Positions 29,042 through 39,257 of a stretch of 54,187 nucleotides of DNA are shown in pieces. Position 1 is the first letter of the stretch, and each line of letters opens with the position of its first letter. A model generated the notes under the pieces. It was not told the origin of the DNA. It worked only from the letters and a program-made list of their open reading frames with translations, and ran no database searches. The translations under genes and the position numbers were made by a program. This DNA is from Calditrichaceae bacterium (GTDB lineage Bacteria; Calditrichota; Calditrichia; Calditrichales; JBFXGD01), in the NCBI GenBank assembly GCA_050178385.1, contig JBFXGD010000004.1:1-54187 (forward strand), given 5' to 3'.

Positions 29042-29745
29042 TCACCTCCGTTTTCGGGATAAAGTGATTCCCATAGTTCAAGACTCATCTCCATCGCCTC
29101 ACGTACCAGCGGCTCAATTCGTGCATCGCCGCTTGAAATAGCATTAGTAAGGAGAGAGTAATATGTTAGTGAAGCCTGTCTGGTTTCCGGATGATTGAAA
29201 TATTTTACCGCCAGGACCTTAAATATATATGAGAAATCATTTAAAATAAGCATGTTGACAGGATTTTTTGAATGCTTTGTCATGAGTACCTGAAGGCCCC
29301 AGTCAAATTCGGCGAAAGTTTCAGGGTTTTCTATACTGCGGTCAAATGAGTTAAGATACTCTAAGAGCGCGTCGGGAGCATATAACGCGGCTCTCGCGGC
29401 GACAGCCGGCATCAGATTAGCTCTGACATCCAGAAGGTGAATAATGAGTTCTTCAGGCAGATCTTCACCGTATTTGGCAAGAGTGCCGAGAAGCGACAGC
29501 CCTCCCTTTTCCCAATAATCATTAACCAGTGTTGGTTTGCCTTGCTGAATAGTGATCCAGCCTTCACCGGATAATCTTTTCATCGTTTCACGCAGAGTGG
29601 GACGGGTTATGCCGATTTCTTTCGCTAATGCTCTTTCGGCAGGAAGAGCCGATCCGGGCGGATACGTCCCATCCAAAATAGCAGTCATAAGTTTGTGTTC
29701 CGCAAAAGATGCGGGTCTGAGCGGCTGATCGGTCTTCATAATCAT
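29038..29745 (-). CDS. fadR: FadR-type GntR transcriptional regulator
   Basis: LPAERALA..IGITRPTLRE, GWITIQQGKPTLVNDYW..GGLSLL and N....LILN match the acyl-CoA-responsive FadR family. Confidence 0.8.
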   Translation of the reverse strand: MIMKTDQPLRPASFAEHKLMTAILDGTYPPGSALPAERALAKEIGITRPTLRETMKRLSGEGWITIQQGKPTLVNDYWEKGGLSLLGTLAKYGEDLPEELIIHLLDVRANLMPAVAARAALYAPDALLEYLNSFDRSIENPETFAEFDWGLQVLMTKHSKNPVNMLILNDFSYIFKVLAVKYFNHPETRQASLTYYSLLTNAISSGDARIEPLVREAMEMSLELWESLYPENGGE

Positions 29746-29802
29746 TCTTTCTATACTGGTAAGTGGTCATACCAGTATAGAAAGAATAAATTCAACTGTC
29801 AA
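29744..29802 (-). promoter_or_regulatory. Sigma70 promoter and FadR-type operator embedded in an 18-bp perfect inverted repeat
   Basis: Minus strand TTGACA (29797-29802), 17 nt, TATACT (29774-29779); TGGTCATACCA at 29764-29774; IR arms 29744-29761 and 29770-29787. Confidence 0.85.
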
Positions 29803-29851
29803 GAAAAAAATGACAATTGAATTTATATTGGTTTATATCTGACCGGTTGAT

Positions 29852-31321
29852 TTAGAAAGTATAGCGGATAACGGATGGTGTCATGAGTTTGAAGTCAGGC
29901 ATCGTCATTCCCGCGTCAGCATTTATATATGTCGGATCACAAATCACGTAGGTTTTATTGTCGTATTCCAGTTTATCGCCTGAAACGTTGCCTTCAAAAT
30001 GGACAGCAGTGCTGATATGTCCGGGATAATTCAATAAAATGACGTCTAAGTTTAACAGATGGTGTACCAGATACGAAAATAAAATGGATCTGTCTTCGCA
30101 ATCAGATGATGGGTAGAAAATAGTTTCTTCGGGCACTAAATATTTTTCGCGGCCAAATTGCTGGTCATCCGTTTTATAATCAAAAGCAGTCTGTACAAAT
30201 CTCAACAAGAAATTAACCGCCTGAAGTTCGGTTTTGCCTTCCAAATACGGTCTTAATGAATTGGTAACGGATCGGTTAAAATTATCCGAAGTTCCTGCCG
30301 ATAGATAGACCGTCAATTCAGTTTGAGGATACTCTTTAAAAAACAGGACCACATCATCTGCAAATTCCACATCCAGGGAGATGTCTTCGTGATCGTAATT
30401 AAAATTTAGAGATCTGGTTTCCGGGGAACTGTTAAATTTCGGAACTTGAGTAACTGCCAGATTCACGAGGTTTTCAGCGTCTTTATATACACCGGTATAT
30501 GTAAAGATCTGCTGATTCAAATCCAAAACCTGATTCCAGTCGATGAAATAGTGTCTGATCTCATCAATCATCGTAAACTGAACTTCAAACATCTGGTTTT
30601 TTACAGGCAGCAATAACAAAACATTGTTATTCTGGTAAGCGACGCGCGCGGACATACCCGACTTGTTAAGCAAAAACCATTCATAAAGAATTTGTTTGTT
30701 TGTGTTTCCCTGATAGACGCTTCCGGCGAAGCGGTGTATCAGTAAAACATAACCCCAATCGTTAAGGGAAATTTCGGTTCGCAGTTTCTCCAATTGACTT
30801 ATCAGGCCTGATTTGTGATCGACAGCCATCTTTTCCCATGCCTTACTGATTGATTTATTAGAAACGGGGGAAATGAATTCCCAGGTGGAATTAACGGAAC
30901 ATTCAACCCTGTATGATGATCCAAAAAAATCAAATTCAACTGCCGGTTTAGCAAGGTCATGTTCAGGAGAAATGATATCAGGATTCTTAACCGGTTCCGG
31001 AATTGGTTTGGGATCATCGATTATTTTTATTATTTCCGTCAGATCAGATTCCGGCTCAGTGGGTTTGTCTTTTTCTTCTGCAATGGGAATCGTGACCGGT
31101 TTTGGCCGTTCAGCAGCCTTCATTCCTTTCTTAGCGTCAAATCGCTTCCAGTCCTGTTCAAGAAAATTCAAAAAAGCGCGGTCAGTCTCATCAAGGTATT
31201 GGTTATACTGTTTTTGATCATTTTTTAACCATTCCCGGAAGTCATCCTGAGCATAAAGATTGGTCAAGGTGAAAAGCAGGGTTAATATGAGGTTAAAAAA
31301 CAGGTACTTATATGTACGCAT
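29852..31321 (-). CDS. Exported protein with a C-terminal transglutaminase-like (Cys-His-Asp) domain
   Basis: Signal peptide (LYA-QD); SDCEDRSILF, NYPGHISTAV, YVICDPT. Confidence 0.7.
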   Translation of the reverse strand: MRTYKYLFFNLILTLLFTLTNLYAQDDFREWLKNDQKQYNQYLDETDRAFLNFLEQDWKRFDAKKGMKAAERPKPVTIPIAEEKDKPTEPESDLTEIIKIIDDPKPIPEPVKNPDIISPEHDLAKPAVEFDFFGSSYRVECSVNSTWEFISPVSNKSISKAWEKMAVDHKSGLISQLEKLRTEISLNDWGYVLLIHRFAGSVYQGNTNKQILYEWFLLNKSGMSARVAYQNNNVLLLLPVKNQMFEVQFTMIDEIRHYFIDWNQVLDLNQQIFTYTGVYKDAENLVNLAVTQVPKFNSSPETRSLNFNYDHEDISLDVEFADDVVLFFKEYPQTELTVYLSAGTSDNFNRSVTNSLRPYLEGKTELQAVNFLLRFVQTAFDYKTDDQQFGREKYLVPEETIFYPSSDCEDRSILFSYLVHHLLNLDVILLNYPGHISTAVHFEGNVSGDKLEYDNKTYVICDPTYINADAGMTMPDFKLMTPSVIRYTF

Positions 31322-31353
31322 TTCAGTTACTCCATTGGCTATTAAGTCTCTCA

Positions 31354-32529
31354 CTATTGAATAACATCGGAACTTTCACGCTCATCATAGAGCTGATTTA
31401 CAGGAATTATTCTTTGAAACTCATCAATTTCAAAAACATTCCACACATTTCCCCGACTTTGATGCGGTATGTCAAACCCGGCTTTCAGCGCGCCATCCGC
31501 ATAAACATCAACATGGGCATGGCTGTAAGATAAGTCGAAGCTGTTTTTGTGGTGCCGGCCGCTAAAATTATGAACAACATACCTGTAAGTTCCATGCATT
31601 GGTTTATAAATGGTGATTGTTTCCGGTCCATAGGAATGCTGATCATCAATATCTAGAAAATCCCTGCCCTCGATGAGCGTTCTGTTGCGCCACCAGATAT
31701 GAAATTGCTCATTCGCTCCGGAGGGCCCGGATAGATGGGCGTCTAAATCACGAGGATGAGAGCCCCAGGTCAACACGATACGAATTTTATCGATTTTCGG
31801 GGTGAGCGCGAAATTCATACTTACAGGTAGTTCAGTGAGATCCATCTCAAAATCGTGCCGGGAAGAAATAAAGCCATCTTTTGTAAGAGTTGCTTCATAC
31901 TGCCCGTAATCCAATTTATGCGAATATACACCGTTTTCATCTGTTTTTCCGGCGCAGACGGTTTCGTGGGTACTTCTGTTTTTTACAAAGACGTTTACTC
32001 CGGGAAGGACTTTACCCGTGACCGCGTGAACCATCGATACTTTATATAAACGTTGCGTGTCATACATTTCGGTAATCTGAACGAATTGGCCGTCAATAAT
32101 GGCTCCGCCGTGAAAAACCAAACCGGGTTGATTTTCAGGAACCTTTATCTCGTATGTCTGATGATTGACATTGTCTTCAACCCAAACTGACGCATCTGAG
32201 CGGCTGAGCATCAATAAATCTTCATCTGTTGAAAGATCTTCGTCAATCAGAGGATTGGCGATCCAAATATTAAGGATACAATCTTTGGAATCGTTAATGA
32301 TAAATTCCTGAGAATCACCGTTAAAAGTCCTGTTAACAAGAATATTTCCATCACTTGACGGTTTTTGTAAATTCCCCCTGATGGCTTCGACTTTTCCCGA
32401 GTGGTAGTATTGTAAAATTCCATCGGCTTCACCCATATCAGCCATTTCATCCCAACGGACAGTAATTTTGAAGTCATAGGCGGACAGAGGTAGCGCGAAC
32501 AATAGGATCAGGTAGAGAAATTTTTTCAT
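31354..32529 (-). CDS. Exported protein with carboxypeptidase-regulatory-like and YfaP/DUF2135 domains
   Basis: Signal peptide; GKTDENGVY...GQYEATLTKDGF; IVLTWG...DLDAH, LDIDD..YGPETITI, GTYRYVVHNF. Confidence 0.7.
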   Translation of the reverse strand: MKKFLYLILLFALPLSAYDFKITVRWDEMADMGEADGILQYYHSGKVEAIRGNLQKPSSDGNILVNRTFNGDSQEFIINDSKDCILNIWIANPLIDEDLSTDEDLLMLSRSDASVWVEDNVNHQTYEIKVPENQPGLVFHGGAIIDGQFVQITEMYDTQRLYKVSMVHAVTGKVLPGVNVFVKNRSTHETVCAGKTDENGVYSHKLDYGQYEATLTKDGFISSRHDFEMDLTELPVSMNFALTPKIDKIRIVLTWGSHPRDLDAHLSGPSGANEQFHIWWRNRTLIEGRDFLDIDDQHSYGPETITIYKPMHGTYRYVVHNFSGRHHKNSFDLSYSHAHVDVYADGALKAGFDIPHQSRGNVWNVFEIDEFQRIIPVNQLYDERESSDVIQ

Positions 32530-32551
32530 GTATCATATTCTTTCATAAAAG

Positions 32552-33361
32552 TTACTGCGAATGAGTTCTATTTAACATTGGACTATATATGTCGGTTTTA
32601 AAAATTCTTGCCAAAACAAAAAACAATTGATTGTTAAAATCGGGATATCGTTGGACGATGGATATATTCCGGACGCGAAACATCAATTTCAATATGGTAA
32701 TTCCTTCGATTTCGTCTAAATGACCGGAGGTATCGGAACCTGGGCTATAGTAGTTAACGTTGTGCACTTCAACCGCGACATTTGTCAGGATGTTGAATAC
32801 AGCCTGCTCTTCAGCGGTTTTCCATCCGTCATTTTCATTTCCTGTGGTGGTAAATTTACCGACGCCGTAATAGTACAGGTCATCTTCAAAAAATGTATAT
32901 TTTTCCCAATCCGGTTTTGTTATGCCATTGGCATCAATAACCGGAAATGAAATATTCGCGAATATAGCAGATGAGTCAATCCCAAATGCGGTAATATAGT
33001 CACCGGAAATCAGATTAATATCAAAATGGTCGGCTTCGATTAATCGCGACATAGTTTTGTCTGATGAATCCGGTGAAAAATAATAGAAATAATCACTATT
33101 TTGAAGTAGCTCTTTCTCTGACGAAGAATCGAAAACTTCGTACGTTCCTTTGACAATACATTCTCTATAAATATTGTAAACTGCGGCCGCGTCTTCTTTT
33201 GCCGATAGTCCCCGGTAGCTGTACCCTGTAATAATATTTGAATACTTTTGCGGGTAAAGAAACCACTCCCGATAAGAATTTGCCGCCATTGCGGTGTTCA
33301 TGGATATCACAATCAAAAAAACAATAACTGAACGCGTCAACAAATTAAGAAATACTGTCAT
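32552..33361 (-). CDS. Exported protein with an LPP20-like domain
   Basis: Signal peptide; KPDW...YYYGVG...AEEQA pattern of LPP20-type domains. Confidence 0.55.
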   Translation of the reverse strand: MTVFLNLLTRSVIVFLIVISMNTAMAANSYREWFLYPQKYSNIITGYSYRGLSAKEDAAAVYNIYRECIVKGTYEVFDSSSEKELLQNSDYFYYFSPDSSDKTMSRLIEADHFDINLISGDYITAFGIDSSAIFANISFPVIDANGITKPDWEKYTFFEDDLYYYGVGKFTTTGNENDGWKTAEEQAVFNILTNVAVEVHNVNYYSPGSDTSGHLDEIEGITILKLMFRVRNISIVQRYPDFNNQLFFVLARIFKTDIYSPMLNRTHSQ

Positions 33362-33386
33362 CGGAGTACTTTATCCTAAAAAGAAG

Positions 33387-33417
33387 ATAGCGGAATAGCG
33401 ATTGACTATTCCGCTAT
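33387..33417. terminator. Intra-cluster hairpin (terminator/attenuator or mRNA-stabilising stem)
   Basis: Perfect 12-bp stem ATAGCGGAATAG-7 nt-CTATTCCGCTAT just after the 33428 stop. Confidence 0.65.
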
Positions 33418-33427
33418 GAGTGAAGTG

Positions 33428-34024
33428 CTACTGATTTTGCTGATTCTCGTATTCGTCCATTTCATTTTTTAATTCTTCGTATGCCTGCGAAGCGCGAAAT
33501 CTCTCATAAAGTTTATTATCATTTTTCTTTAATTCGTCGAGGATAGAAAGATTCACATTATTAGGCTCGATGGCAACCACTGCCGCGCATGTGATGACTT
33601 CTGAATCCTTTTTCTTCAGATACTTTACTTTTTTGGTAACGGCTCCTCTTAACACCTGGCTCGATCTTGTTTTGATTACAGAAGTAAATGCTTCATTAAT
33701 TTCAGTGTCGTCGTTGCTGCCGATTTCTTCCTGAAATTTCTTATTTAGCTGCTGTACCTGCTCTTCAAAAATAGAAGCAAGCTGTGCTTTTGCTTCTGTT
33801 ACGGCTTTCTTTTCTGCTAAATCTCGCCGTTCGGATATTCCCTGAGCCAGTGCAGCCACTCCGCCCGCCTGAATAATGTCATTAGACAGAGTTCTTAAAT
33901 CCTGAAACGGATCTTCAAGGACTTCATATCCTTCAGATACAGCCGCCATTTTTTTCCCGCCGCCGCATGAAGCTAAAAATCCAAGCGTCAAAAGACTAAG
34001 AAGAACAAAAATTAATTTCCTCAT
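33428..34024 (-). CDS. LPP20-like lipoprotein
   Basis: LASC lipobox; G.S...LA.KKA..EA.AQLA, QVLRGA; C-terminal RASQAYEEL helix. Confidence 0.65.
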   Translation of the reverse strand: MRKLIFVLLSLLTLGFLASCGGGKKMAAVSEGYEVLEDPFQDLRTLSNDIIQAGGVAALAQGISERRDLAEKKAVTEAKAQLASIFEEQVQQLNKKFQEEIGSNDDTEINEAFTSVIKTRSSQVLRGAVTKKVKYLKKKDSEVITCAAVVAIEPNNVNLSILDELKKNDNKLYERFRASQAYEELKNEMDEYENQQNQ

Positions 34025-34126
34025 GATACTTCTCCTGTGTTTGTTTGAACAATATTGGGATTACTAAAATCTAAACTCTTTATATTTATTGCTTTCATCT
34101 TAACTGCATTTGTTCATCAATAATTT

Positions 34127-35167
34127 TTAGATTGAACGGATATATTCGATAAATTGCTTATAAAAACTCTGATCAAGTTCTTTTTTCAGGGCAGTCATCA
34201 TTTTTTCGTAGGCCTGATCTTCGGAAATACCCATGGTACGATTAGCGAAAGTGAATGTTTTTAGTGTGAACTGATTAATATTGTCCTTAATATCCAACGC
34301 CAGTTGCCAGTTGTTTCCGCTCACATCATTTCTTCCCAGGCTGGCCGGAGCGAAAGTGAAACGGTAATTAATATCAAAATCAGCGCGTTGATCTTCAACA
34401 ATTTTAAAGCCTATCTTTCCGATAACTTGCTTAAGATAAGCGGCAGCATTTTCGCTTTGCCCGCCATCCGGATTTAACCGGACGGTTATCATTGACAATA
34501 GTTTTACTTTTTCATTCATTATTTGACTCACAGGAACGGGAGCCTCGATGGTTTCACCTGTAACGGAGATGATCTTGAACTGTGATAATAATAGCTCATT
34601 AACATCCATGAGATCCGATGCTCTCATCAGATACGCAAACTTAACAAGTTTATTTTCACTTGTCTTATATTCGTAATAGTAGTCACTTACCAGTTTATAA
34701 TTCTCTTCTATTTCCTGCTGATATATATCCTCCGTATCCAGCCGGTTCAGGTAGGCCAGAACGTAATAAAGACCTTCGGATGATGAATAATAGGATTTAT
34801 CTATTGTAATGTTCTTCAAAGCCTGGCCGCTTTTGATATTTGTTTTGTTGATGATCTCCGAATTTGCCGTGACCCCCTGTTTGTTCTCATAGTAATTTTG
34901 AAGCACGGTTTCGTCAACCGAAACTTTTGATTGAAAAACCTTGGAAATACTTCCTATGGCATTGTTTTCAGCATTCGCCCGCGTGTCACCGCTCCCGACA
35001 CCAACTATATATCTGGAAGCAGGATATGAATCATAAGGATGATCAATCCAGCCGGGAACTTTGCCATCCGTTGATAAATTTTTACCCACTTTCGGAGCCG
35101 CGCAGGAAGATAAAATTAAGAAACCGAGAAGTGTTGTCAGTATCCATGAGCGTTTGAAACTAAGCAT
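34127..35167 (-). CDS. LPP20 family lipoprotein
   Basis: LSSC lipobox; PGWI, YIVGVGSG...AENNA..ISKVF..KV, YYVLAYL.R. Confidence 0.75.
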   Translation of the reverse strand: MLSFKRSWILTTLLGFLILSSCAAPKVGKNLSTDGKVPGWIDHPYDSYPASRYIVGVGSGDTRANAENNAIGSISKVFQSKVSVDETVLQNYYENKQGVTANSEIINKTNIKSGQALKNITIDKSYYSSSEGLYYVLAYLNRLDTEDIYQQEIEENYKLVSDYYYEYKTSENKLVKFAYLMRASDLMDVNELLLSQFKIISVTGETIEAPVPVSQIMNEKVKLLSMITVRLNPDGGQSENAAAYLKQVIGKIGFKIVEDQRADFDINYRFTFAPASLGRNDVSGNNWQLALDIKDNINQFTLKTFTFANRTMGISEDQAYEKMMTALKKELDQSFYKQFIEYIRSI

Positions 35168-35178
35168 CTTCTTGCCCT

Positions 35179-36603
35179 TTAGTTTAATGAAACCGCGTCA
35201 ATCAGGTTAAAGCCATTATGAACGACCGTGTATTGTTCTATGGATTTTGATTGAATGACTGATCCATAGCTGTTTAAAAAATTAATGGTGATATTATAAA
35301 TTCCGGGATCGATTTCAAATTCGCCTATATAGCATTGATTTGGCATTGTTCTCCAACAACGCAAATCCGCGTTTTCCGTGGCATCCACTCCCACGTCCAC
35401 CGCGGCATTGAGCAAAGTAGTGAAAAATCCGTTGGAACCCGTTTCCTTTTTGATTTTTTCTTTTGCCTTAGCGGCAGCCAGACCTTTTGTAACGGTCCTT
35501 AGAATGGTTTTAAAATAAATAATATCCTTTTTTTGCTCGAAGGTATGAATGGCAATTTTGCCCATATCTTCCAGCAGGTCCAGTTCACCTAAATATACTC
35601 CGTCCGCCATGATCTCAATACGAGTGATAGTGGACCCTGCGGGTTTTAGTACTGGTAAAGAAAATTTAAAATGGAATCCCGGTTTCATCCCCGGAAAAGC
35701 GATATTCGGAAGGGGAACCGGTACATCCAGTTCACTTACTCCAATGGCGTCATCGTATGTGGTAATCAATCCTCCAACCGGTTCTTTCCTTGGCGCGAGT
35801 CCCGCGAACGCGATAATATTCAGGGTAGCTCTGTCATTCGTAGGAACACGTAATTCAATGCCGGATGTTTCAAGATAAAATTTGTTCCGGACGGCGTCCG
35901 GGAGATTATAGTCGTAAATATAAATATTTTCATCCCAAGCGTTTTTTAATTTTTGCAGTGAAATGCGGCTGTTGTCATATTCACCTTCAGCGTTGAATAT
36001 CAGAAAGCTGAGATAGTGAGTTAGGACGTCATCATAAAACGTATTTTTACTTGTCTGGATATCGATTTTTGATTTTCCGGACTTATTCATATTGTTGACA
36101 AGCTTGTCATATTTATCGGTGAGCGCGCGCAATTTATCATTAACGCGCTGAGTCTCAACATAAGCATCGTCAAATTTACCCAAATGCAGGTAATTCAGTG
36201 ATTTAAAGATATTGACATAAATATTTTCGTAAACTTCGCCTGAATAGTCCAATATATTATCATTCAGAAGAAGAGATCCTGCGGCTTTTGAAATGCTTTT
36301 TGTAAAGAGTTCCTCCATGGCAAGTTCAGCTTTTTCAAAGGCGTCGTTACTTTTTTCATACTCGCCGTTAAAGTACAGTACCGCTCCCTTATCAAGATAA
36401 TAAAGTACACGATCCTTTTTTGCATATTTACCGGATTTTTTGGCGTTTTCGATTTTCCTGACAGCGTTATCAAAATTGCCGGTATGCATATCCATCATGA
36501 TCGGTTCATAATGTTCCAACTGAGTCATGGTACTCGCGCAACCAACAATTAACAAAAATGTAATAATATACTGAAACCACTTCCTGCTGATCATGTACAC
36601 CAT
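35179..36603 (-). CDS. COG3014-family TPR-like lipoprotein
   Basis: IVGC lipobox; LYYLDKG, YEKSN..FEKAE, Y.GE.YE, TENADLRCWRTMP. Confidence 0.8.
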   Translation of the reverse strand: MVYMISRKWFQYIITFLLIVGCASTMTQLEHYEPIMMDMHTGNFDNAVRKIENAKKSGKYAKKDRVLYYLDKGAVLYFNGEYEKSNDAFEKAELAMEELFTKSISKAAGSLLLNDNILDYSGEVYENIYVNIFKSLNYLHLGKFDDAYVETQRVNDKLRALTDKYDKLVNNMNKSGKSKIDIQTSKNTFYDDVLTHYLSFLIFNAEGEYDNSRISLQKLKNAWDENIYIYDYNLPDAVRNKFYLETSGIELRVPTNDRATLNIIAFAGLAPRKEPVGGLITTYDDAIGVSELDVPVPLPNIAFPGMKPGFHFKFSLPVLKPAGSTITRIEIMADGVYLGELDLLEDMGKIAIHTFEQKKDIIYFKTILRTVTKGLAAAKAKEKIKKETGSNGFFTTLLNAAVDVGVDATENADLRCWRTMPNQCYIGEFEIDPGIYNITINFLNSYGSVIQSKSIEQYTVVHNGFNLIDAVSLN

Positions 36604-36680
36604 TCCTAATCTATCGCAACTTTACCGGATTCCGTCATACAATAAACAAATTCACGCGCGTTAACGCTGTCTGCTGTTAA

Positions 36681-37307
36681 TTACCACTTATAGCGGTTTT
36701 GTTCGATCATTTTTTTGATCTTCTTATCGCCGATCCATACTTTCAGATTCTTCTCGAGGTGAATCAACTCAAGGTTAACCTGATAATAAACGGCTTTCTG
36801 TCCTTCGTAAGAATCCACAATGGTATTAATGCTGCCCTGAAGCATATAATCGGCGCCTGTCTCATTGGCCAGCTGTTTTGCTGTTTCAAGAGATGAAAAA
36901 CTTTGCTGGTCGAGCCGTTCCTTCCGAATTTCTTCACGTTCTTTTTCGGAAGCGACAAAATTGATCTGGCCGGAATTGATTAATTCTTTTTCAATATCTT
37001 TTATGAATAAATCCACCGGAATATGTTCACTGCTTTTATTACGAATGGTTCCTACGATGACCACGGGTTTTTCATCATTCAAATCCACATATTCGAGTAA
37101 CCACGGTTTTGAAAGAACATCACGTATCATAGCTTCCGCTGTAAGACGGGAATCGGTATCATTCCATCGTCCGCTCAGATCCGAAGTTTGATCCGCGGAC
37201 ACACGTGTGACTTTTCGTGAACTCTGGCATTGAATAAGTACCGATGAAAATAAAACCAACATACCGATAATCAGCATTCTAGAGAAAAAACTTCCTGTCT
37301 TTAACAT
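36681..37307 (-). CDS. LpoB-like lipoprotein (CsgG/LpoB fold)
   Basis: LIQC lipobox-like; DLSGRWNDTD, IRNKSSEHI, GADYMLQGSI, YYQVNLEL, KVWIG.K.IKK. Confidence 0.85.
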   Translation of the reverse strand: MLKTGSFFSRMLIIGMLVLFSSVLIQCQSSRKVTRVSADQTSDLSGRWNDTDSRLTAEAMIRDVLSKPWLLEYVDLNDEKPVVIVGTIRNKSSEHIPVDLFIKDIEKELINSGQINFVASEKEREEIRKERLDQQSFSSLETAKQLANETGADYMLQGSINTIVDSYEGQKAVYYQVNLELIHLEKNLKVWIGDKKIKKMIEQNRYKW

Positions 37308-37442
37308 AGTGACCACCTTATAGTTATAATTAGTAAATATTTTCCTGATCTGTATGAAGTTTCATGCTTTTACTCTACAAAAATATCTAAACAAATCCAA
37401 TGAAAATAATTTTATAAGAACGGACTAAGGCAAAAATAGTTT

Positions 37443-39257
37443 CTATTTATATATTTTAAAATTTGCTGTTTTGATCAAAGAGTCTTCATCCCACTCGTTG
37501 GGCTGCCAGGCCCTCACATAAATAAGAGGGTCCTTTTCGGTGAAATCTATCAATAGAAACAGGTATCCTTCATCGGAGTAAGTGGTGGATGAATAGCTTT
37601 GGCGCATTTCCACGCCATAAACCCCCTCGGTACTGTTCTTTTTTATAATGTCAAATGATCCAAAGTTAATAAATATATCCTTTTGAAGATTAAAAATTTG
37701 TTCCTGTCTTTCAAGATAATTCTTTTTTGTCAGTCGTAAATATTCAAAATCAGGCTGATTTGAAAATTTTTGATAATTAACCATATTATCAGGCAACTTC
37801 ACTGAGGCTATTTTACGTCCTACGAGGATAAGCGCTTCATCGGCAAACATTAAATCCACAGTTTCTATCTCACGGGTCTGATAAGCCGTACGATACTTTT
37901 CCACAAATTTAATAATATCCTGTCTGTTTGCCCAATCGTTGCCGTATTCGGCCTGCTCCGAGAAATGCCGGTAGAGATTTTCGGAAATACTAAGATTAAA
38001 ATCGGTTAAATTGCCCGCGTCTGAAAAATCAAGAACTAAATATTCGGTGGATTGCTTTTTAATGGACGGATAACGATGAAGCATACGGATTCTGCGTAAT
38101 TCATAACCGGAAGATGTTTTGAAAATTCCGCCGTCGATATTTTGAGAAGCTGGTTCCGCCGAATTGTATTTAAGGTAGTTGATAATTTTGTTCTTCAGAA
38201 ATGGGTCGTCAGCATATTTTTCACTTATTATTGTTTTATCTTTCATTGAAAGCAGATCTAAAAATTCAGAAGCGGACTTTAAAATAGTCTTGGAGACAGG
38301 AATTTCTTTTTCAAGCGTAAGATTCATATTCCATTTTTTTGATGCGCGGGAAGTCTGAATTTGTCCGGAATTGCCATTCTTTTTTAGATTGACGGTCTTT
38401 GCGGCATTAAATGTCGGCAGATTTACAACATTCCATAGTTCACCGACCACATTATATTCGTTACGTGATTCATAATAAGCATATTTGATGAATAGTTTTA
38501 AGGATTCAAAATTGGTGCTGGCTCCAAGCAGGCGGAAGGTCGCGATTCCGTCTCTTCCTTCCACAGCAACCTGACCTGTCCCATCCCAAAAGGTGAAATC
38601 AATAAGGGATACGTCCACTTCGTTCGAAGTGATACGGAGTGTGATTTCACGCTCCATGTCAGAGATTTTTTTATCACCGGCAAAATTAAATTTTAAATTA
38701 AGAATAATCCTGTTAATACGCGCGGGTAATTCTGTTGTATAATTGATATCCTGATATATAACGCTTTCATCCGGTAATGACTGGACAAGTAAAAGAGCAT
38801 AATAATTCAGTTTTAGCGCGAACGCTGTATTATGATTTAATTCATTTAATTCAGCTTTACGCGCTATATCTGCAATCAGTTTTTTACGTTCATCAAAAAT
38901 TTGGAAAACTTCTTTCTTGTCCAGATAACAAAACGTTTCGATTTCTCCGTTAGGCAGGGCTTTCTTTACGGTGTTGACGTTTTGGAGTGTCGCGGCGCTG
39001 TGAGTGCGTATAATAGATTTCACAGACTCATCGAGTCCGGCGGCGCTCTCCATGATTTTGCTTTCAAATGATTTTGCTACCCGAACGGCGATTTGCTCGG
39101 TCAGCTCTTCCAAAGCGCGATCACGAGATTCCCGGGCGTCACGGGCAGTGCCGGAACCGTAATAATAATTTCCACTCTGCATAATGGATTTTTTGTCAAT
39201 CTGCTGGGCAAAAAGTAATACTGACAACAAAAATGTACTGATGAAAATGATACGCAC
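37443..39257 (-). CDS. Exported protein with an N-terminal LPP20-like domain and a C-terminal NTF2-like region
   Basis: Signal peptide; YYYGSG...RALEELTEQIAVRV; C-terminal FVEKYRTAY...MFADEA...YSDEGYLFLLIDF...IYVRAWQP. Confidence 0.55.
   Translation of the reverse strand: MRIIFISTFLLSVLLFAQQIDKKSIMQSGNYYYGSGTARDARESRDRALEELTEQIAVRVAKSFESKIMESAAGLDESVKSIIRTHSAATLQNVNTVKKALPNGEIETFCYLDKKEVFQIFDERKKLIADIARKAELNELNHNTAFALKLNYYALLLVQSLPDESVIYQDINYTTELPARINRIILNLKFNFAGDKKISDMEREITLRITSNEVDVSLIDFTFWDGTGQVAVEGRDGIATFRLLGASTNFESLKLFIKYAYYESRNEYNVVGELWNVVNLPTFNAAKTVNLKKNGNSGQIQTSRASKKWNMNLTLEKEIPVSKTILKSASEFLDLLSMKDKTIISEKYADDPFLKNKIINYLKYNSAEPASQNIDGGIFKTSSGYELRRIRMLHRYPSIKKQSTEYLVLDFSDAGNLTDFNLSISENLYRHFSEQAEYGNDWANRQDIIKFVEKYRTAYQTREIETVDLMFADEALILVGRKIASVKLPDNMVNYQKFSNQPDFEYLRLTKKNYLERQEQIFNLQKDIFINFGSFDIIKKNSTEGVYGVEMRQSYSSTTYSDEGYLFLLIDFTEKDPLIYVRAWQPNEWDEDSLIKTANFKIYK

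Noticed and set aside
36681-37307. Assigning the symbol lpoB and a PBP1B-activator function
   Set aside because: Family resemblance only; no PBP gene in the window and the context differs from enterobacterial lpoB
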